Shown: positions 20,406-30,010 of the stretch, piece after piece
Numbering within the stretch: the stretch's first letter is position 1
Layout of the letters: each line of letters begins with the position of its first letter
Translations under genes and position numbers: made by a program
Notes under the pieces: generated by a model
What the model saw: the letters and a program-made list of their open reading frames with translations, nothing else
Told to the model about the DNA's origin: nothing
The model's database searches: none
DNA from: Clostridia bacterium
GTDB lineage: Bacteria > Bacillota > Clostridia > JAAYHZ01
Assembly (NCBI GenBank): GCA_050950825.1
Contig: JBMNIH010000004.1
Coordinates: 576,001 to 640,000 of the forward strand
Direction: 5' to 3'
Length of the DNA: 64,000 bases

Positions 20406-21228
20406 AATAAGAAGAATTTTCTCGTTTCTATTGCTTTTACTCCTTGTATTTCTTCCCGTTATAGCGACGGCAGGGTATACGGAAAATATCCGGGACGATT
20501 TGGGTTTTTTAAGCGAAGAAGAACTGGATGAGTTACAAACGTTAATCGATGAGGCGACGGCTCTTTATGATGCGGATCTTGTCATTGTCATAACGGACGA
20601 TCTTGCCGGAAAATCCTCGAAGGATTTTGCCGACGATTATTATGACGAGAACGGGTACGGTATCGGATTTGATTATTCCGGAGTTTTGCTTCTTGTCAAT
20701 ATGGAGTACCGGGAGATTTGGCTTTCTACAGCAGGAAAGGCTATTCGTGTTTTCACCGACCGAAGAATTGCCGCTGTGAACAATCGGGTGGCGGATTATT
20801 TTTCAAAAGGGGAATGGTACCAAGGATGTTTGGCCTTTATTGCCGAGTTTAAGCGGTATATGGAAGAAGGAGTTCCCCAAGGACAGTACAATGAAAATTC
20901 GGAGTACTATCCGGTGTATACGCCCACCTTTTGGGAAAAAGCTAAAAATCAAATAACCAAAAGATCCACTTATTTGATCTCCCTTCTATCGTCAATTTTA
21001 GTGACTTTACTTGTTACCTCATCAAGAAAGAAGCAGAATACGACTCATTTGCTTACGTACGAAGAAAACGATTCTTTCAAATTAATCCGATCTCGAGACG
21101 ATTATCTGAGGGAAACCACAACGTCCGTTCGTATATCCTCGGATTCGAACCGCAGCTCGACGAACAGAAGCAGCACCCACCGAAGCTCAAGCGGTCGATC
21201 CCACGGAGGAGGCGGCAGGAAATTCTAA
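20398..21228 (+). CDS. TPM domain protein (YdjH-like)
   Basis: Signal peptide, DFADDYYD, GVLLLVNM; Ser-rich tail ending HGGGGRKF; TTG start after GGAGG. Confidence 0.85.
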   Translation: MARIRRIFSFLLLLLLVFLPVIATAGYTENIRDDLGFLSEEELDELQTLIDEATALYDADLVIVITDDLAGKSSKDFADDYYDENGYGIGFDYSGVLLLVNMEYREIWLSTAGKAIRVFTDRRIAAVNNRVADYFSKGEWYQGCLAFIAEFKRYMEEGVPQGQYNENSEYYPVYTPTFWEKAKNQITKRSTYLISLLSSILVTLLVTSSRKKQNTTHLLTYEENDSFKLIRSRDDYLRETTTSVRISSDSNRSSTNRSSTHRSSSGRSHGGGGRKF

Positions 21229-21360
21229 AGGGATATATTTTACGATGCATTTGTGAACAAAATGAAAATTATTCGGGACAAGCGTTTCATTCTTGTCCGA
21301 TGAACGATATACTGGTATACAGGTTCAGATAGTATTATTGGATTTGGAAGGAGAGCTTTT

Positions 21361-22752
21361 ATGTTGAAGTATACGCTAAAAAACATTATGCGTGTGCCTT
21401 TTGCTAGTATTGTTCTATTTTTAATCGTTACGTTTCTTTTCACCGGGTTTATGGTCACGTTTTCCGTGGCAAGATCGGCGAAACAGAACATGGAAGATGT
21501 GCGCATAGAGATGGGCGGACGAGTCAATTTGGAAGTCGATATGGAGTCATTCATCAACGAGTTGATAAAATACCAAGAAGGATCAACCACAACCCAACCG
21601 TCTATGAAAAGATTGGAATGGTCCCAGATCGAGTATATTTTACGTTCGGAGTATGTGCAAGATTACAATGTAACGATTGAAGGTGCAGGAAAATCTCCCA
21701 TCAAGCATGTGACACTGGAATCTACGGAAGAATCCAATGAAAACAATCCGGACTTCCGATTAATCGGCGACACAAGGTTGGAATACAACAGCGATTTCTA
21801 TTACAAAGAGAAGTATTTGGTAGAAGGAAGAGGCTATACCGAGGAGGAAGTGGAGAATAAAGCGCAGGTAGCTATCCTCGACCGCAGGCTTGCCGACTTG
21901 AATCAATTGAAGATCGGAGATGTGATCGAATTTACGTCCGTCGAAGGCGTCGATATGAATCTGGAGATTATTGGGATATACGAGGATACCATAGAAGATA
22001 CGGGTGCCATACCGGTATCCTACATGGTTCGAGCAAATGCCATCTATGTCCCGTATACGACCGCCATGGAATCAAGAGGGGACGCATCCTACAAAGACCT
22101 CATAACGGAAACGGCTTTCTTTTTAAAGGATCCCTTGAAAATCGAGGAGTTTAAAAACAAACTGTACCGAACTACGATGCAATTCAAGGGTTATCTGTTA
22201 AACGCCGACGACAGCATATATGAAAAGAAAGTGCTGCCTTTAATATTCACAAGATTAATGATTCAACAACCGGCTATAATTATTTCCATCATAGGATTCG
22301 CCCTTTCGGTCATCTTTATCCTTTTTGCATCCTTCGGAAGAAAGAAAACGGCCGCCGCTTTGAAAGTGATGGGGTATCGGGAGAAGCGAATATTTGGAAT
22401 GCTTTTTACCGATATTGCACTCATCGTCGTATTCTCCTTTGTTTTGTCCTTGATATTATCCTTCATATTCATACAGCCTGTTGCCGAAAATGTGATACTG
22501 TCTACGAGAAACGCCGTGGACAATACGATAGCCAAACTCATACAAAACGCTGCGGAAAATACGTACATGGGCGGGGGAATTTTGGACTCTTTGGATGTGG
22601 AACCTATATATGAAATTTCGGCAGGTTTAAAACCGTCTGCGGCTCTTATCGCTCTTTGTATGGTTCTTGCTTTATCGGTTCTTCAGTTTGGTATGTGTCG
22701 ATGGGCAATTCATACAGGCGATCCGATGATTATAAAAAACAACCATGAGTAA
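21361..22752 (+). CDS. ABC transporter permease, FtsX/MacB family
   Basis: N-terminal TM, large extracellular domain (LVEGR, LKIGD, IIGIY), 3 C-terminal TMs. Confidence 0.8.
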   Translation: MLKYTLKNIMRVPFASIVLFLIVTFLFTGFMVTFSVARSAKQNMEDVRIEMGGRVNLEVDMESFINELIKYQEGSTTTQPSMKRLEWSQIEYILRSEYVQDYNVTIEGAGKSPIKHVTLESTEESNENNPDFRLIGDTRLEYNSDFYYKEKYLVEGRGYTEEEVENKAQVAILDRRLADLNQLKIGDVIEFTSVEGVDMNLEIIGIYEDTIEDTGAIPVSYMVRANAIYVPYTTAMESRGDASYKDLITETAFFLKDPLKIEEFKNKLYRTTMQFKGYLLNADDSIYEKKVLPLIFTRLMIQQPAIIISIIGFALSVIFILFASFGRKKTAAALKVMGYREKRIFGMLFTDIALIVVFSFVLSLILSFIFIQPVAENVILSTRNAVDNTIAKLIQNAAENTYMGGGILDSLDVEPIYEISAGLKPSAALIALCMVLALSVLQFGMCRWAIHTGDPMIIKNNHE

Positions 22753-22771
22753 ATAAAAGGGGGAAGCGGAA

Positions 22772-23464
22772 ATGAGCAGCGTAATATTTGAATTAAAGAA
22801 CGTGATGTATTCTTATAAAGTGAAGACCGGAGCCAACGTAAACGTTATCCGAAATGCCACTTGTACCTTTGAATCGGGGAAAATATACGCGATACAAAGC
22901 ATTAAAGAAAGTGGAAAATCAACCCTTTTAAAGATCATGGCCGGATTGGACCGACCGGATTCCGGTGAGATACTGTATAACGGAGAAAATATCGCCGAAT
23001 GGGATTCTTATGTTTATCGTAAAACCATGACGGCATTGGCTTTGTCCGGAATGGATTTGATAGAAAGATATACCGTAATGGACCATATTTTAGCCCAATT
23101 GGACGTATCCTGCCCTGAAAAAACCGACAAGCACGGACAAATGGCGAAGGAGATTTTAAGCGATACGGGCATCGAAAAAAGCTTGTACAATAAAAAAGCA
23201 AACCGGTTGGACGGATATAATAGGCAGGTCCTTCGTTTGGCAAGAGCTCTTGCCACTTTCGGCAATGTGATCCTTTTCGATGACGTGGATTTGGAGCTTA
23301 GCAAGGAAGAAACCGGCAAGTTTTTGGAGCTTATACGAAGGATTGCAAGAGAAAAAGAAAAATGCATTATATTTACTACGGAATCGCCGCTAACTGCAAT
23401 GGAAGCCGATGAAATTTATACCGTCAATCGGGGAACCGTGATCAAGATCAAAAAAGTAGGATAA
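22772..23464 (+). CDS. ABC ATP-binding protein (LolD/MacB-like) with degenerate motifs
   Basis: ESGKSTLLKIMAGLD..DSGEI; signature LDGYNRQ; Walker B ILFDD. Confidence 0.8.
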   Translation: MSSVIFELKNVMYSYKVKTGANVNVIRNATCTFESGKIYAIQSIKESGKSTLLKIMAGLDRPDSGEILYNGENIAEWDSYVYRKTMTALALSGMDLIERYTVMDHILAQLDVSCPEKTDKHGQMAKEILSDTGIEKSLYNKKANRLDGYNRQVLRLARALATFGNVILFDDVDLELSKEETGKFLELIRRIAREKEKCIIFTTESPLTAMEADEIYTVNRGTVIKIKKVG

Positions 23465-23506
23465 TATATAAGAAAGAGGGAGGAACCCCCTTTTTTATAC
23501 CCTTTC
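23345..23506 (+). repeat. Direct repeat copy 1 (3' end of ABC ATPase gene plus terminator)
   Basis: Shares gcattatatt, acggaatcgccgctaa, tataccgtcaatcg, ggaaccgt and the terminator with 25356-25518. Confidence 0.85.
23472..23496 (+). terminator. Intrinsic terminator of the ABC pair
   Basis: AAAGAGGG-AGGAA-CCCCCTTTTTT. Confidence 0.55.
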
Positions 23507-23626
23507 TTAACGACTCCGGCATAAATGGATTTGATGAAATAAATACCGGACCCGTTGTTTTTCGTTTTTCTTCCTATATGATGAAATATATCAAGCTATG
23601 CCATAAAGTCATGATGGAGGTAATTA

Positions 23627-24437
23627 ATGAACGAATTTGTTACGGCAATTCAATTTCAGTCTGCTCAAACACCCGTCATCGTTCAAGTGGAAAAAAGGCG
23701 CTTTTGCCTCATCAAGTAGGCATAAAAACCATTGCTTCTTCTCTATGCAATCATTCCGAAATGAGAAGCTTTTTCGGAAATGATGAGCCGGGTTACGGGT
23801 ATCAATATCCTATGGAACCGGGAGAACCCGGGTACGAAGCCATTGGTATTATTGAAGTCATCGGAGCTGCTGTGAACACGCTGAAGCCCGGAGACGGCGA
23901 TTATGATAACAAAAGGTTATCCGTCATCGGATTAGGTGCAATCGGTCTGTGCACCGTCCGGCTATTACATATGTTTCCTACGTCGGATGTAACGGCGTTT
24001 GATTTATCATTGGATAAGCTAAAGCTTGCAAAAGATTTTGGTGTAGACCATACATTCCTGATAGAACCCGATAGAAATTACGATGAACTTGATAAATTTA
24101 TCGGACGGTTTGATGTGGTCATCGAGTGTTCCGGACACAAGAGCGGACAGGCGCTTGCATACACGCTTTGTGACAAAACCTAATATTCACCGGCTATTGC
24201 AAGGATCCGGTTCCGGTACGCCAATCCGTGTTGTTTAACATAAATACCACGATATACAATCCCGGTATTTTAACTATAGAGGATTTAAAAGCGGTTGCCG
24301 CTTTTTACAACAAAAAAACGATTGATCCCTCTCCTTTGATTACGAAAATTATCCGTCCGAACGCGGATGAATACATTCAAACCATTCAAGAGATCAAAAA
24401 AGGAGAAATCATTAAAGTGTTAATTGACCGGAGGTAG
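23627..24437 (+). pseudogene. Zn-dependent (MDR) dehydrogenase pseudogene
   Basis: ATG 23627 after GGAGGT; frameshifts near 23700 and 24180; LKPGD joined directly to GDYDNKRLSVIGLGAIG (internal deletion); DVVIECSG. Confidence 0.75.
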
Positions 24438-24439
24438 CT

Positions 24440-25314
24440 TTGAACATAGCGGTAGATACATATAGCTTCGTTATGAATTTTGGCCGGCACAGGTACAAGC
24501 CTTCTAATCCATGGACCTTGTCCTGCTATTTTGACTTTGTTATAGAAAACAGGCTTAACGGCATTCATATGGATCCCGCCCATTATGATCCGGTGAAGGA
24601 TGTGCCGGTACCGGATCGTTTTTGCAAGGAAAACAATCTGTATATCGAGTTAGGTGCCATGGAAATTCTGTCGGACGATTTTATGGATTATTTTAATGCC
24701 GCTTATTTAAAACATTTATCGGCGGTTCTCCGCCGGACAATCCTGCCGTGATGAAAGAAAGAATACTCAAATCAAAAGAAAAGCTCTCACATGTATTACC
24801 CTTGGCGGAAAAATATCGGATTAAATTGGCTCTTGAGAATCATATTGATATAACATCGGATGATTTGGACCGGTTAATTGATTTCGACAGTCCTTCTATA
24901 GGCATTTGCTACGACAGCGGCAACTTCTTGGCAATGGATGAAAATCCGTTGGATGCATTCTATCGATTCAAAGACCGCATCTTGTGCACTCATCTAAAGG
25001 ATGTTTGCCCGAAAGAACGGTATCCGGATGCACCGAGCTTCGGCCTTCCTGGAAAACAAGTGCAGTTCTGTGCATTGGGAGAAGGTATCTTGCCTATTCA
25101 AGAGATTCTGGCCGAATTATTGGCAGCGAAAGGAAAAGATGCATATATTACTTTGGAGATTCCCACACCTGTACAAAGCTCTCTTTCCCAAGCCTGCTTG
25201 CTACAAAAAGAAATAGACAATGTATTAAAAAGTATGGAGTATATAAGAAGAATAAAGCCGAGTTTAATGGATAGAAAGAAAGGCGAAAATTCTTGTCCGG
25301 AAAATTCCGTCTAG
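24440..25314 (+). pseudogene. Sugar phosphate isomerase/epimerase (xylose isomerase-like TIM barrel), split
   Basis: Two overlapping ORFs make one barrel; ALENH, ICYDSGN, THLKD, LGEG and TLE motifs. Confidence 0.7.
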
Positions 25315-25355
25315 CACGAAAAAAATCACTCGGCCGGATAATGGCGATAAGCAAT

Positions 25356-25518
25356 TTTTCGTACGGCAAGACAAAAGCGCATTATATTCAAACGGAATCG
25401 CCGCTAATCGACATGAAAGCCGATAAAGCATATACCGTCAATCGAGGAACCGTATTCAAGATAATGAATGTTTGGTGATACGAAAGAAAGGGGGAACCTC
25501 TTTTTTTGTATCCTTTTA
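25356..25518 (+). repeat. Direct repeat copy 2 (remnant of ABC ATPase 3' end plus terminator)
   Basis: Encodes TESPLIDMKADKAYTVNRGTVFKI versus TESPLTAMEADEIYTVNRGTVIKI in copy 1. Confidence 0.85.
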
Positions 25519-25615
25519 TATGACATCAACACAATAACGACAAAAGTCGCGATTATATGACAAGAATCATCTCTTCGGACGAATTCCTTTACCGGGATAT
25601 CCGTTTATGTATAAT
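25516..25615 (+). promoter_or_regulatory. Tad operon promoter region with repeated GACA boxes
   Basis: TTATATGACA twice, CGACAAAAGTCG dyad, TTTACC-16-TATAAT. Confidence 0.45.
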
Positions 25616-25675
25616 AAGGGTATACATTTGAAAAGCGTTCCGAAAAGAACCTTTTCCTAACGAAAGGATAAAGCG

Positions 25676-26776
25676 ATGGCAAGGTTGAACATGGTATTGG
25701 CGGATACAAACGCCGAATATTGTGATTTCGTATTCGAGTATTTTAATTATCGGTACAAAGAACGATTTCGAATCGATTGCTTCACCGATACGGATGCATT
25801 TATAAAATACATTCGGTCCGAAGGACAAACGGTGGATCTTCTCCTTATCTCCATTGATTTTTTAAGTAAAATGACGTCCGAAGACATCGAGCAAAATGTT
25901 AAAGTCATTGTGGAATTGAAAGAAAACGCCGAAACCGGGAAAACGAAATATCGATCCGTAAACAAATACAGCCGAATCGACGATATGGCCCAAAGGCTAT
26001 TGGACATCTATGCCGATGAATATCGTTTGAAGGATGAAAACACACTTCCGGAGTTTGCCGGCAAAAAGACCTTGGTGATTCCGGTATGTTCACCGGAGGG
26101 AGGATGCGGAAAAACCGTTATCGCCGTAGCGTTAGCCCTCATGTACTCGAGCCTAGGGAAAAAGCCTTTTTACTTAAACTTGGAGAAGTATTATTCTCCC
26201 GTGAAAATTTTCAACCCTTCAACCTTACGAGGCATATCGGATATTCTCTTTTACATTCGAAACCAAGACTCGAATATCCGCACAAAAATCACCTCCTTTA
26301 AATGTACGGATCCGGATTACGGCGTGGATTATTTGTCTCCCGTCGCAACACCGAGAGATTTGGAGGAGACGAATATCCGGGAGGTGATCACATTGGTACA
26401 AGAAATCATCTCCGCCGAGCTGTACGACGTGATCCTTATCGATACCGACGGATCTTTTGATCTTTTAAAGCCGGAATTCATCAAGATATGTACAAAAATC
26501 GTCGTTCCTTATACCCAATCGGAATACGGAATCAATAAAATAAAATCCTTCATAAACAATCTGGAAAGATCCTTTCAAAACGAAGAAGAATGGCTCCGCG
26601 ATAAATTGATTTTAACGGCAAACAAGACGGAAGGGGCGGCCGAAAGAATCTTGGAGTCTTACATGAAAGCACCAATTCCTTTTCCGCTCTTTAATTCGAT
26701 GAACGGGTGCATACAATCCGTATTGAAGCATGATGCATTAAAGGAACTGTATAACGTTTTAAATTTCCGTATATAG
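25676..26776 (+). CDS. TadZ/CpaE-like protein (atypical receiver plus ParA/MinD-like ATPase)
   Basis: Receiver-like N-terminus, VNKYS linker, SPEGGCGKT, YLNLE, DVILIDT; first gene of the tad operon. Confidence 0.8.
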   Translation: MARLNMVLADTNAEYCDFVFEYFNYRYKERFRIDCFTDTDAFIKYIRSEGQTVDLLLISIDFLSKMTSEDIEQNVKVIVELKENAETGKTKYRSVNKYSRIDDMAQRLLDIYADEYRLKDENTLPEFAGKKTLVIPVCSPEGGCGKTVIAVALALMYSSLGKKPFYLNLEKYYSPVKIFNPSTLRGISDILFYIRNQDSNIRTKITSFKCTDPDYGVDYLSPVATPRDLEETNIREVITLVQEIISAELYDVILIDTDGSFDLLKPEFIKICTKIVVPYTQSEYGINKIKSFINNLERSFQNEEEWLRDKLILTANKTEGAAERILESYMKAPIPFPLFNSMNGCIQSVLKHDALKELYNVLNFRI

Positions 26777-26805
26777 CCGAAAGAACAGAAGAAGGAGAAT
26801 ACGTT

Positions 26806-28014
26806 GTGATTACGACGGAATTGGTTAACGAGCTTTGCAATCGGGTAGGGGAAAATACGGACCTTTACACATCCATATCCGACGATGCCATACGAAGTAA
26901 AATTACCGAAGCGGTGATGGAAAAATCTCGACACATCCTTTTGTCGGCAAATGAAAAAATCGAATTGATTAATCTTGTTTTTAACAGAATGCGGGGTATG
27001 GATATCCTGCAGCCGCTTCTTGACAACGAGGAGATAACGGAAATTATGGTGAACGGACCCGACCGTATCTTTATCGAAAAGAAGGGCGGCATCGTTCCTG
27101 TTTCCGTCAAATGCGATGCCAAACAGCTGGAAGACATTATTCAAAAAATCGTTTCGTCGGTTAACCGAACGGTAAACGAAGCAAACCCCATATGCGATGC
27201 TCGATTAAAAGACGGGAGCCGTGTTCATGTGGTCATGAAGCCTTTGGCATTGAACGGTCCCATTTTGACCATAAGAAAATTCTCCAAAGCACCGATGGAC
27301 ATAAATACCCTCATATCCTACGGCACGATAACCGAAGAAGCCGCCGATACTCTTAAAAAATTGGTAGAAGCGAAATACAACATTTTCATATGCGGCGGGA
27401 CCGGATCCGGAAAAACCACATTTTTAAACGTTTTGTCCAATTTTATACCCAAAGACGAAAGAATCATTACCATTGAAGACACGGCAGAGCTGCAAATTAC
27501 CGGAGTCGCCAACCTGGTGCGATTGGAAACAAGAAACGCCAATCCCGACGGGGAAGGAGAGATTCGTATCCGAGATTTAATCCGAGCCGGCTTAAGAATG
27601 AGGCCGGACCGCATCGTGGTAGGCGAAGTGAGAGGTGAAGAAGCATTGGACATGCTCCAAGCGATGAATACGGGGCATGAGGGGTCGCTGTCGACGGGAC
27701 ACGGCAATTCCTGCAAGGATATGATCAGTCGATTGGAAACCATGGTGCTTACGGCAGCCCGGATGCCCGTTGAATCCATAAGGAAGCAGATTGCTTCCGC
27801 TTTGGATATTATGATTTTTCTGTCCAGAATGAAGGACAAGTCTCGTAAGGTGATGGAAGTATCCGAGGTGGCGGGCTATAAAGACGGGGAAGTCCTCTTA
27901 AATCCGTTATACAAATACGAGGTTTTAAAAGACGGTACCGGAAAGCTGGTCAGAACCGAAAACGATATGGTCAACAAAGACAAATTCATGATATACGGTT
28001 CGGGAATGATTTAG
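26806..28014 (+). CDS. tadA: Tad pilus assembly ATPase CpaF/TadA
   Basis: EIMVNG, DARLKDGSR, GGTGSGKTT, IEDTAEL, RMRPDRIVVGEVRG, AMNTGH. Confidence 0.95.
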   Translation: MITTELVNELCNRVGENTDLYTSISDDAIRSKITEAVMEKSRHILLSANEKIELINLVFNRMRGMDILQPLLDNEEITEIMVNGPDRIFIEKKGGIVPVSVKCDAKQLEDIIQKIVSSVNRTVNEANPICDARLKDGSRVHVVMKPLALNGPILTIRKFSKAPMDINTLISYGTITEEAADTLKKLVEAKYNIFICGGTGSGKTTFLNVLSNFIPKDERIITIEDTAELQITGVANLVRLETRNANPDGEGEIRIRDLIRAGLRMRPDRIVVGEVRGEEALDMLQAMNTGHEGSLSTGHGNSCKDMISRLETMVLTAARMPVESIRKQIASALDIMIFLSRMKDKSRKVMEVSEVAGYKDGEVLLNPLYKYEVLKDGTGKLVRTENDMVNKDKFMIYGSGMI

Positions 28015-28040
28015 CCACAGCAAGGGTAGGAAGTTACGGT

Positions 28041-28808
28041 ATGGAAAAAAGAACTTTGGCAAAAAAGAAAATATATGATTCTTACGTTTTTTCAACCAAG
28101 GAGAAGCTGATGTACGGTGCGGCAGGGATGATCTTTACGTTTGCTATCGGATATATCTTTTACCGCCGTATCGGTTTTTCCGTTCTTTTGTCTTTCTTAG
28201 GGCTGTATTACTTGAAAATGAAGAAAAAGCAGTCGGTAAAAAAGCAAAAACAAGAGCTGAACGTCCAATTCAAGGATCTTCTGTACTTTTTATCAACCTC
28301 TTTATCGGCCGGAAGGTCGTTGGAAAATGCTTTCGAATCTTCCCTCGAATCGCTTCAAAGACTATACGGGCATGAAGAAAGCCATATCGTAGCGGAGGTT
28401 ATGATTATTCTGGGGAGGCTGAATATGGGGGATACCGTGGAGGAGTGCTTAATCGATTTTTCCAAAAGAGCGCGGATAGAAGATATTTCGAATTTCACGG
28501 ATGTTCTGGTTACCTGCAAACGAAAAGGAGGAAACGTAAATGAAGTTATCAGGAATGCATCGCGAGTCATAAAGGACCGGATTGAGATTATGCAGGAAAT
28601 CGAAATCATGTTGGCGGGAAAAAGAATGGAGCAAAGGATACTGGGTATATCTCCCGTAGCCCTAATCCTCTTGTTGTCATGGTTGGCCGAGGACTTTATG
28701 GCACCGGTTTTCAACAGCCTTTTAGGGCATACGGTAATGACCGTTGCTTTGGTTTTAATCGCTCTTGGCTATTTATGGTCGAAGAAAATCATGGATATAT
28801 CGGTATGA
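28041..28808 (+). CDS. tadB: Tad membrane platform protein TadB (T2SSF family)
   Basis: QFKDLL..LSTSLSAGRSLENA, GGN; TM helices; follows tadA. Confidence 0.88.
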   Translation: MEKRTLAKKKIYDSYVFSTKEKLMYGAAGMIFTFAIGYIFYRRIGFSVLLSFLGLYYLKMKKKQSVKKQKQELNVQFKDLLYFLSTSLSAGRSLENAFESSLESLQRLYGHEESHIVAEVMIILGRLNMGDTVEECLIDFSKRARIEDISNFTDVLVTCKRKGGNVNEVIRNASRVIKDRIEIMQEIEIMLAGKRMEQRILGISPVALILLLSWLAEDFMAPVFNSLLGHTVMTVALVLIALGYLWSKKIMDISV

Positions 28809-28822
28809 AAGGAGTAACAATC

Positions 28823-29707
28823 GTGACCTTTGTATCTTGGATTCTCTTGATTTTTGCCGTTCTGCTTACCGGTATCCTGCTGATTACGACGGGGCTATAC
28901 GGAAAAAAATACAAACCCTATATTCTCCCTCTTCGATCCGATGAATACTTAACGAAACCCTTGTTGCCCTATGGACTGTTTCTGCTGGATTTGATTTGGC
29001 GGGGACATCCCGGCGAATACGGCAAAAAGCTTCTGCGGAAAACCGGTTTTATATACGGCTTGGATTATGCTCCTTACTATTACCAAATCCATATGGCCGG
29101 CAAGCTTGTGTACATGACGGTGTTCGAAATCATTCTCTGCTTTTTTGGTATTGTTGCAAAGTCGGAACCGTTGTTTTTGGCTTTATTGATCCTATGCCCC
29201 GCCATTCTTTTCTTTTTGTGCGACCGAGTTTTAGACGAAATCGGCGAGAAAAGACTGCAGGAGATCCGTAAGGACTTTCCGGATTTCGTAGGGAAAATTA
29301 CGTTGTTGATGGGAGCGGGGCTCAATGTGCGTCAAACCTTTGAAAAGATCGGATCCGACAGCCTTAAAGACAGCCCTCTGTATGCGGAAATAAAAAGAAC
29401 GGTATCGGAATTGCAGTCGGGAAAATCCGAGATTGAGTGCTACCAAACGTTTGCGGAAAGAATTCGAATTCCGGAAGGGAATCGCTTAATCGGCATTATC
29501 ATACAAAACATTCGTATAGGAGGTGCCGCCATGCTTCGAGAGTTGGAATCGTTAAGCGGCGAGTGCTTGGCCGTAAGGAAAAACAACGCCTACCGATTGG
29601 CGGAGGAAGCGCAAGCCAAATTAATCTTTCCTATGATCCTCATGTTTATCGCCGTTTTGTTAACCGTTATGACACCGGCAATTCTCTCCATGAGGGGATT
29701 GATATAA
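28823..29707 (+). CDS. tadC: Tad membrane platform protein TadC (T2SSF family)
   Basis: DFPDFVGKITLLMGAG, AEEAQAKLIFPM; GTG start after GGAG. Confidence 0.88.
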   Translation: MTFVSWILLIFAVLLTGILLITTGLYGKKYKPYILPLRSDEYLTKPLLPYGLFLLDLIWRGHPGEYGKKLLRKTGFIYGLDYAPYYYQIHMAGKLVYMTVFEIILCFFGIVAKSEPLFLALLILCPAILFFLCDRVLDEIGEKRLQEIRKDFPDFVGKITLLMGAGLNVRQTFEKIGSDSLKDSPLYAEIKRTVSELQSGKSEIECYQTFAERIRIPEGNRLIGIIIQNIRIGGAAMLRELESLSGECLAVRKNNAYRLAEEAQAKLIFPMILMFIAVLLTVMTPAILSMRGLI

Positions 29708-29735
29708 AGACATATGAAATGGAGGATGAAGACCC

Positions 29736-29993
29736 ATGTCGACAAAACGAAAGAAAAATGAAATGCAAAAAAGGTACTCGGGAAAAAAAGCTTATCAAAT
29801 CAAAAACGTATTTACGGATAAACGCGGCATTAATACGGTAGAAATTATCATTATTCTTGCGGTTTTTATCGGACTGATTCTTTTGTTTAAAGACTATATA
29901 ACCGAATTCATACAAAAAGTATTCAGTACCATAAACCGAGATACGGACAGCATTTTAGGAATCATTTTTCCTGTCGTCAAAGGCAGGATGTAA
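29736..29993 (+). CDS. flp: Flp1-like type IVb/c major pilin
   Basis: Basic leader, cleavage site DKRG|INTVEIIIILAVFIGLILLFK with E+5; GGAGG SD. Confidence 0.88.
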   Translation: MSTKRKKNEMQKRYSGKKAYQIKNVFTDKRGINTVEIIIILAVFIGLILLFKDYITEFIQKVFSTINRDTDSILGIIFPVVKGRM

Positions 29994-30010
29994 AAGATGA
30001 AAATTCGAGG

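Noticed and set aside
23512-23525. 14-mer GACTCCGGCATAAA also present inverted at 41484-41497
   Set aside because: Several exact 14-mer matches are expected by chance in 64 kb, and the match does not extend
25293-25478. 61-aa ORF before the Tad operon as a small Tad or immunity gene
   Set aside because: It is the duplicated remnant of the ABC ATPase C-terminus
25616-25675. Possible c-di-GMP riboswitch in the Tad leader
   Set aside because: Only a small GAAAAG-C-GTTC/GAAC-CTTTTC hairpin is present; GEMM consensus elements are absent
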